Positions 49,797 through 55,937 of a DNA stretch of 55,937 nucleotides are shown one piece after another. The notes beneath the pieces were generated by a model, which made no database searches, had not been told where the DNA came from, and saw only the letters and a program-made list of their open reading frames with translations. This DNA is from Planctomycetota bacterium (GTDB lineage: Bacteria; Planctomycetota; UBA11346), in assembly GCA_038231435.1 (NCBI GenBank), contig JBBRLJ010000034.1, positions 1-55,937 on the forward strand. The letters are read 5' to 3'. The position numbers and the translations under genes were made by a program. Each line of letters starts with the position of its first letter. Position 1 is the first letter of the stretch.

Positions 49797-50039
49797 CCTG
49801 ATCCGCGTGGGTGGAAGTAGTCGTCACGGCCCCGCCGACTCGATCAGAGCGAAGCAACATGTAGTCGGCGGAGGACCAGGCTTGGCGCTGCGAGGGATGT
49901 CGGCTAGGAGCCGCTGCTAATTCGGATTCGGAGGGACATGCGTCGCATGCCCATTTCTACCGCCTTCACAGCGAGAGACAAGCTCAGACGCGCAGCTCCG
50001 GACGATTCCCCCGCCGCAGACCATCGCGCCGCGCCAGCG

Positions 50040-50256
50040 GCGAAAGCAGCGCAGCTGCGTAGGGACACGGCCTCTCCGACGGGCGTACACCAGGAGTCCA
50101 TGTGCGTGCCTCGGAGGGTGTCGGGGGCACAGCCCTGACGCGGGGGTGGTCTGGGGGGCGCGACCCCCGGATCTGTCGCGAGCGAAGCGAGCAGGGCGTC
50201 GCGCCGTACAGCGGCGGTAGCAGCGCAGCTGCGAGCGGCGTAGCCGCCGACGGCCG
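50040..50256. repeat. Cluster of short palindromes (REP-like) between the NifU-like gene and cimA
   Basis: AGCAGCGCAGCTGCG twice, GGGGCACAGCCC, GGGGGGCGCGACCCCC, GCGAGCGAAGCGAGC. Confidence 0.45.
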
Positions 50257-51018
50257 TCAGAGGTTGAGAAAATCAGCGGACTCGTTCCCCGAAACCTTGA
50301 CCTGGAGGGTGGTTCCGAGGTGGTTGTTGAGCGAATCCTGGATGAACTGCAGCGTGCCGCCGATCGAGGACGAGCAGCTGCCGCAGGCGCCATGGTATTG
50401 CACCATCAGGTCCTGATCCTTGAGATCGACGAGATCGATGCCGCCGCCGTCACTGGCGAGGGCAGGACGGACGTGCTGATCGAGTACCGACTCGATGCGC
50501 CGGACCTTCTCGAACAGGCCGATGTCGATCCAGGGGAGTTCTGCGGAGACGCCTCCGCCAGCAGGCGCGGGCGGCTTGGGCGCGGCACGCTCGGCGGCCT
50601 TGGCCAGCACATAGAACGGCTGGTCGGCATCCGACCCGAGATGCAGGGCGGCTTCGGGCGATCCTTGACGCAGGTGGGCATCGACCTGGCGCGGAGTGAT
50701 GAGCGCGGCCTGGGCGAGCGGCTTGCCCAGGCACAGCTCGGCCATGGTGTCGTACGCGGCGAGCAGATCGCCGCCGGCTGGCGAGCGGAAGCGGATGTCC
50801 CGCACCACGCCGCCGCCATCGACCATCATCCATAGGTTGATGTGGTCCGGCGCGCTCTCGGCGCCGTGGGCGGTGACGATCAGCGTGCAGCCCTGGGCCT
50901 TGGCATCGCCCTCGGTCAGCTCGCCCGCGTGGCGCAGGCGCGCGATGCGGGCGCGCACCGCCGGGGTGGGGTCCGCGGTCGCTGTCGACGAGGGGGTTGA
51001 CGGATCGGAGCTGCTCAC
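50257..51018 (-). CDS. NifU-like Fe-S carrier: degenerate IscU-like N-domain plus NifU C-terminal domain
   Basis: VRPALASDGGGIDLV...YHGACGSCSSS (Nfu CxxC); N-terminal VRDIRF...ELCLGKPL.QA..IT. GTG start. Confidence 0.82.
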   Translation of the reverse strand: MSSSDPSTPSSTATADPTPAVRARIARLRHAGELTEGDAKAQGCTLIVTAHGAESAPDHINLWMMVDGGGVVRDIRFRSPAGGDLLAAYDTMAELCLGKPLAQAALITPRQVDAHLRQGSPEAALHLGSDADQPFYVLAKAAERAAPKPPAPAGGGVSAELPWIDIGLFEKVRRIESVLDQHVRPALASDGGGIDLVDLKDQDLMVQYHGACGSCSSSIGGTLQFIQDSLNNHLGTTLQVKVSGNESADFLNL

Positions 51019-51127
51019 GACAGCGATCGTAGCGCCGCCGCCTAGTGCTCCCAGCGGTAATTCGTGGGGTTAACGACTGGCCCTACAGTCCTCGGCGGTG
51101 CGAGCTCGGACGGTTGGCGGAAGACGA

Positions 51128-51970
51128 TCAGCTCGGCAGGTTCAGGCGGCGCGCAACCCAGGCATGCCAGCGCCGGCGGCGCACATGCACTGGCAGTTGG
51201 ATCGGCTTGGCGCGCACCAGCTCCGCGGCTTCGGCGGGCGACATGCCCGCGATCAGCATATCCGAGAGCTGTTGGGTGATAGCCGTCTGGTAGCCCGGCT
51301 TGTTCCCCCAATAATGGTCCAGCCATTCCTTCGCGGGGATCAGCCGACCGGTCGCCGCCAGCGCCAGGCTGAGCGAGAACTGCTCGTTGAGCGTGTGGTT
51401 GCCGATGCCCGCGCAGAGCGTGTCGCAGGTACCGAGGGCGCGCTCGACGAGCTCCTTGCCTGCGGGGCCGACGCCCACCACGCCGGCATTCCACATCACC
51501 GTGCCCTGGTCGACCGCCAGCCCACCCCAGCTCTTGCCGCCGGTGAGCGCGTACAGCGCGCGATCTCCGCGGCGCTTGCTCGAGGCGAGGCGCTGCTCGG
51601 GCTCGTGCATGGCCACCTCGCCCCGCGCGAGGCGCTCGACCAGCGGGGCCAGATCGCGGCGCGCCAGCACGTCGCTGTCGAGATAGACGACCGCCGCCGA
51701 TCCGTCGATCTGGGAACGGATGCACTCGAGCTTGATGCGCCAGAAGAATCCGTGCGCCCCGCGCCACGCGGCCATGGTGGCCTGGTCGACGACATGGACG
51801 CGGACGCGCGGATCGCGGCACAGCCAGGCGTAGCGCTGGGGGCGATCGCTGGCGATCACCACCTCCATCGGCGCGGGCGCGTGGGCGAGCAGCGACAAGG
51901 CCGCCAGGTTCGCCTGCCAGGCATGCGATTCCGCCTCGCCGAACACCAGCACCAGGTAGCGCGTGAGCAT
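51128..51970 (-). CDS. Putative GT-A fold glycosyltransferase
   Basis: VYLDSDV (DxD), WNAGVVG, EQFSLS, HYWG; divergent from the LPS GT operon. Confidence 0.7.
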   Translation of the reverse strand: MLTRYLVLVFGEAESHAWQANLAALSLLAHAPAPMEVVIASDRPQRYAWLCRDPRVRVHVVDQATMAAWRGAHGFFWRIKLECIRSQIDGSAAVVYLDSDVLARRDLAPLVERLARGEVAMHEPEQRLASSKRRGDRALYALTGGKSWGGLAVDQGTVMWNAGVVGVGPAGKELVERALGTCDTLCAGIGNHTLNEQFSLSLALAATGRLIPAKEWLDHYWGNKPGYQTAITQQLSDMLIAGMSPAEAAELVRAKPIQLPVHVRRRRWHAWVARRLNLPS

Positions 51971-52089
51971 CGGGAGGGACTGTACTCAGCCGCCAGGCCG
52001 GACAACGCATGGCGCGCCGGTAGGAGGGCTTTAGCCTCTGCACTGGCATGAGCACACGACCACGGCTGACACGGGTTCGCTGAACGCTG

Positions 52090-53187
52090 ATGGCCAGGCG
52101 CGTCCTGATGGTCAACACCGAGCACGGCTGGCGCGGGGGCGAGAACCAGGTGTGGCTGCTCGCCACCGGGTTGTCCGCCCGTTTCGAGTCGCACACCGTC
52201 TGCCAGGCCGGCGACGAGCTAGAGCACCGTCTGTCCGAGACCGGGGCGCTCACCGTGCCGATCACGGCGCGCGGTGGCTTGGATCTGCTCGCGGCGCGGC
52301 GGATGCGCCGCGTGATCAAGGAGCTCGACATCGCCATCGTCCACGCGCACACTTCCCATGCCCACTCGCTGTCGATCCTCGCCTGCCTCGGCACGCGCGT
52401 GCCGCTGGTGGTGACGCGTCGCGTCGCCTTCTCGCGCACGATGAATCCGCTCAGCCGTTGGAAGTACCGCCGCGCCAACCGGCTGGTGGCGGTGTCCGAA
52501 GGAGTCAAGCGCGCGCTGGTCGCGGGCGGTGTCTCCGACGAGCGCATCGAGGTCATCCACGACGGCATCGACTTCGATCGCCTCGCTCCGGCGACCGAAC
52601 AGCAGGGAAAACCGCTGCGCGAGGAGCTCGCGATCCCGGCGGACGCCACGCTGTTCGGCATTGTCGCCCAGCTGACCGCCGAGAAGGACCACGCCACGCT
52701 CCTGCGCGCCTTCGTGCAGGTAGAGGCCGCGCTGCCGTCGGCGTGGCTGGTGATCATCGGCGACGGCGAGCTCGAGCGCGACCTGACCGCGCTCGCTGGG
52801 CAGCTGCGCCTGGAGCGCGTGCGCTTCGCCGGCTACCGCCGTGACATCTCGAACGTGCTGCGCGCTCTCGACTGCTTCATCCTGTGCTCGCGGCACGAAG
52901 GCCTCGGCTCGTCGATCATGGACGCGATGCACGTCGGCCTGCCGGTTGTGGCCACGCGGGTCGGTGGGATCCCCGAGCTGATCACCGACGGTGCCGACGG
53001 GGTGATGATCGAAGCGGGCGATCCGGTGGCGCTGTCGGCCGCCCTGCTGCGCATCGGCTCGTCGCCCGAGGAACGCGCCCGGCTCGGCGCCGCCGCGCGC
53101 GCGACCGCCGCCGCGCGTTTCCCGGCGGTGCATATGGTCTCCAAGTACGAAGCTCTCTACGAGCGCGTGCTGGGCGGCACCGCATGA
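52090..53187 (+). CDS. Glycosyltransferase family 4
   Basis: WRGGENQ, VHAHTS, KDHATL, EGLGSSIMDAM..GLPVVATRVGGIPE. Confidence 0.93.
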   Translation: MARRVLMVNTEHGWRGGENQVWLLATGLSARFESHTVCQAGDELEHRLSETGALTVPITARGGLDLLAARRMRRVIKELDIAIVHAHTSHAHSLSILACLGTRVPLVVTRRVAFSRTMNPLSRWKYRRANRLVAVSEGVKRALVAGGVSDERIEVIHDGIDFDRLAPATEQQGKPLREELAIPADATLFGIVAQLTAEKDHATLLRAFVQVEAALPSAWLVIIGDGELERDLTALAGQLRLERVRFAGYRRDISNVLRALDCFILCSRHEGLGSSIMDAMHVGLPVVATRVGGIPELITDGADGVMIEAGDPVALSAALLRIGSSPEERARLGAAARATAAARFPAVHMVSKYEALYERVLGGTA

Positions 53188-54041
53188 CCGCCTCACCATC
53201 ATCCGCCGCGCCATCCACCACGCCGTCCACCCCGGATCGAGCCACGGCGAAGCTGGCGATCTCGGCGGTGCTGATCGTCAAGAACGGCGAGAAGCATCTC
53301 GAGCGCGTGCTCGCTGCGCTGGGGTTCTGCTCCGACATCCTGGTACTCGATTCCGGATCCACCGATCGCACCATTGAGATCGCGCGCGCGCACGGCGCGC
53401 GCGTGGAGCACCAGGATTTCCTCGGCTACGGTCCGCAGAAGAACCGCGCGGTGGAGCTGGCGCGCCATGACTGGGTGCTGGTGATCGACGACGACGAGGT
53501 GCTCGATGCGGAGTCGGCCGCCGCCATCGCGGGACTCGATCTCACGGACGCCTCGCGCTGCTGGCGCGTCCGCCGCCGCACCTACGTCGGCGCGCGCGAG
53601 GTACGTTGGGGGCAATGGTCGCCAGACCACAGCCTGCGCCTGTTCAACCGCACCATGTCGCGATTCAACCAGGCGAGCGTGCACGAATCGGTGCGGCCCG
53701 CCGGGCAGGTGTCGACGCTTCCCGGCGCTATCCACCACTACAGCTACGCTGACTACGCCGAGGTCTTCGCGCGCATGGACGTGTACGCGCGAGCCAAGGC
53801 CGACAGCTACCGCGCGCGCGGCCGGCGCTGTGGTCCGCTCTTGCTGCTGATGCGTTCCGGTTGGGGATTCCTGCGCAGCTACGTGTTCAAGCTCGGCTTC
53901 CTCGACGGCAACGCCGGAGTGATCGTCGCGCTGTCGCTCGCGGTGGATGTGGCGCTCGGCCTGGCGATCGCCAGCGAGCCGACAGGAGCGAAGGGGATGG
54001 ACGCGCCCGCTGGCGACGCCGCCGGAGAGGGCAGGGCGTGA
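53184..54041 (+). CDS. Glycosyltransferase family 2 (WaaE/KdtX-like)
   Basis: ISAVLIVKN, DSGSTD, GYGPQKN, WVLVIDDDE, VHE, GFLDG; ATGA overlap. Confidence 0.9.
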   Translation: MTASPSSAAPSTTPSTPDRATAKLAISAVLIVKNGEKHLERVLAALGFCSDILVLDSGSTDRTIEIARAHGARVEHQDFLGYGPQKNRAVELARHDWVLVIDDDEVLDAESAAAIAGLDLTDASRCWRVRRRTYVGAREVRWGQWSPDHSLRLFNRTMSRFNQASVHESVRPAGQVSTLPGAIHHYSYADYAEVFARMDVYARAKADSYRARGRRCGPLLLLMRSGWGFLRSYVFKLGFLDGNAGVIVALSLAVDVALGLAIASEPTGAKGMDAPAGDAAGEGRA

Positions 54042-55099
54042 AGCGGCTGGTCGTCAATTTCGCGCGCGTCGGCGACATGGTGCTGCTCTCACCGCTCCTG
54101 CGCCAGCTCGGGCGTTCGGGCCGGATCGAGCTGCTCACGCGCCCGTGGGGGCGTGCGGTACTGGGCGAGCAGCCCTGGCTCGGCGCGATCCACCAGCTCG
54201 CCAAGCCGCATCGCGGCCACGGTTTCCCCGGAAGCCTGTTCTTCGGCGCGCCGCTGCGCGAACTCGCGGCGACGCTACGCGCCAGCGCCTTCGACGAGGT
54301 GGTGGTGTTCCGCCAGGAATCCAAGCAGGTGCGCGGCTGGCTCGAGAGTTGGCTCGGCTCCGCGACGCTGCGCGAGCTCGACGCCAACGCCCCGGGCGGC
54401 GCCACCCGGCATCCGCTGGACATCTACCGCGCGGCGCTCGCCCAGGGTGGGTTCGACGTCGAGGGCTACGATCCGGTCCCACGTCTCGAGGTGTCCGCGG
54501 CCTCGCTCGCTAAGGGACGGGCGCGCGTCGGCGCGCTGGGCGCGCGCGTGCTCTCGATCCAGGCCGGGTCGTCGCTCACCCATCGGCTCTTCCGCAAACG
54601 GCCCAACCTGAAGGGGCTCACCCCGGCGCAGTGGGCGGGCCTCTTGGAGCGGATCTTCGCCGCGGGCGATGCCGACGCCGCGATCCTGCACGGTTCAGCG
54701 CCCGAGGGCCGCGAGGCGCGCGCGATCCGCGCGGCCCTGCCCGCGGCGATCGGGGCGCGCGTGCACGATTGGACGGGCGATGCGCCGCTCGAGCAGCTGC
54801 CCGGCATCTTCTCGGCGGTACGCGCGCTGATCTCGGTGGATACCGGTCCTGCGCACATGGCGGCCGCCGTCGGCTGTCCCTCGCTGGTGATCTTCGGGCC
54901 ATCGGATCCGGCGCGCTGGCAGCCGCGCGGACCGGGCCCGGTCGAGCCGCTGGTCGGATCGGCGCCGTGCCAGTTCTGCGTCGAGACGACGGCGTTCAAG
55001 CGCTGCCGTTCCAACATCTGCCTGAACACCCTGCCGACCGAGACGCTGTTCGCCGGTTGGCGCCGCCTGGCGGCGCGGCTCGAGCCGGTGCCGGCGTGA
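54038..55099 (+). CDS. Glycosyltransferase family 9 (heptosyltransferase-like)
   Basis: RVGDMVL..PLL, ISVDTGPAHMAAAVG.P...IFGP, CxxC..C...C tail; GTGA overlap. Confidence 0.9.
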   Translation: MKRLVVNFARVGDMVLLSPLLRQLGRSGRIELLTRPWGRAVLGEQPWLGAIHQLAKPHRGHGFPGSLFFGAPLRELAATLRASAFDEVVVFRQESKQVRGWLESWLGSATLRELDANAPGGATRHPLDIYRAALAQGGFDVEGYDPVPRLEVSAASLAKGRARVGALGARVLSIQAGSSLTHRLFRKRPNLKGLTPAQWAGLLERIFAAGDADAAILHGSAPEGREARAIRAALPAAIGARVHDWTGDAPLEQLPGIFSAVRALISVDTGPAHMAAAVGCPSLVIFGPSDPARWQPRGPGPVEPLVGSAPCQFCVETTAFKRCRSNICLNTLPTETLFAGWRRLAARLEPVPA

Positions 55100-55160
55100 C
55101 GCGCGACGAGCATCAGAGGCGCAGGGGATCTGTGTCGCCACGGCCGGGCCTGTCGCACGC

Positions 55161-55628
55161 ATGAGCACGACATCGCCATCCCGATCGGGACTGCTGGTCG
55201 ATGCGCAGCTCCTGACGCCGCTTCCCGACGCCGCGGCGATCGCCTTCCTGCTGCGCATGAACGCAGCAAGCGTGGCGGTGATCGCCATCGGCGCCGCGGC
55301 CGGCAGCGAGAGCGCCTTGCGCGCGACATGGGCCGATCGTGGCATCGACATCGCCGCGTCGGCGCCGCTCACCGCGACCGGCTTGCGCGCCAAGACCCTG
55401 CTGGGGATCCTGCGCGATGCCGGAACCGACGTGCTGTCCAGCTGGCTGGTATCGCCGGATCCGTCGGTGATCGCCCCCGCTGCCCAGGCCGGACTCGCCG
55501 GCGTCATCCTGGTCGGCGTGGACGCGCCGCCAGGTGATCACGGCCTGGTGGTCAACCGCGCCGACAATCTCGCCGACGTACCGCGCGTACTGGTTCCCCG
55601 CGACGGCGGCTGCTGGCATCAGAGATAG
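55161..55628 (+). CDS. Degenerate HAD-like (GmhB-like) protein
   Basis: GLLVD at the motif-I position; SWLVS....IAPAAQAGL..VILV...ADNLAD resembles a HAD C-terminus; follows GT9. Confidence 0.5.
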   Translation: MSTTSPSRSGLLVDAQLLTPLPDAAAIAFLLRMNAASVAVIAIGAAAGSESALRATWADRGIDIAASAPLTATGLRAKTLLGILRDAGTDVLSSWLVSPDPSVIAPAAQAGLAGVILVGVDAPPGDHGLVVNRADNLADVPRVLVPRDGGCWHQR

Positions 55629-55715
55629 TCCGGCGTCATTCGTCCGTCGTCGGACAGACGAACGCGTATGCCCGTGCTGATCTCGTATTCGGGGGCCCCA
55701 TCGCTCCGCGATGGG

Positions 55716-55937
55716 GCGGGCGCCGAGGGGCGGTGGGCGGATAGAATGGGCGTAGCCCATCCGCCCACGATGTCGCAGCGCAGCGAAGACATCGAGCCCC
55801 GACAACGCCCGTGGGGTCGGCCCATGAGGGCCGTTGGGGCGGAGCCCCTTAGACCAGAAGCTGCGGGCGCCGAGGGGCGGTGGGCGGATAGAATGGGCGT
55901 AGCCCATCCGCCCACGATGTCGCAGCGCAGCGAAGAC
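55716..55937. repeat. Two tandem family A elements (147-bp period, second truncated by the window end)
   Basis: GCGGGCGCCGAGGGGCGGTGGGCGGATAGAATGGGCGTAGCCCATCCGCCCACGATGTCGCAGCGCAGCGAAGAC is identical at 55716 and 55863. Confidence 0.88.

Noticed and set aside
55619..55915. ORFs with repeated peptides (MGYAHSIRPPPLGAR, GGWATPILSAHRPSAPA)
   Set aside because: These are translations of the tandem palindromic DNA repeat, not proteins.

Overview
High-GC chromosomal segment of a diderm bacterium. LPS-type GT9/GT2/GT4 genes, an outer-membrane beta-barrel, a DUF1800/DUF1501 pair and a Hanks kinase suggest a Planctomycetota-like organism, but that is only an inference. It holds about 46 CDSs: a carbohydrate-utilisation region (araA, sugar isomerase, DUF4091, giant GH2, DUF5054, frameshifted GH38, GH44, AraC/LacI regulators), msrA/msrB, a Ser/Thr kinase divergent from an ECF sigma/DUF1800/DUF1501 operon, bacilliredoxin, cimA, a NifU-like protein and an LPS glycosyltransferase operon. 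I see no rRNA, canonical tRNA, CRISPR array or transposase. The most unusual signals are non-coding. (1) A minus-strand unit at ~7.6-8.1 kb reads promoter > leader ORF > intrinsic terminator > boxA-like motif > 140-nt tRNA-mimic RNA, upstream of a RimJ/L GNAT. (2) Two convergent four-helix-bundle (Avd/IVS-like) genes each have the same leader architecture: a GA-rich 7/8-mer tandem array plus a GTCAAGGC...GCCTTGAC hairpin. (3) A 130-bp-period array of ERIC-like hairpins follows araA. (4) A dispersed, covarying structured repeat family sits at gene 3' ends. Family assignments come from motif recognition by eye; no database searches were run.
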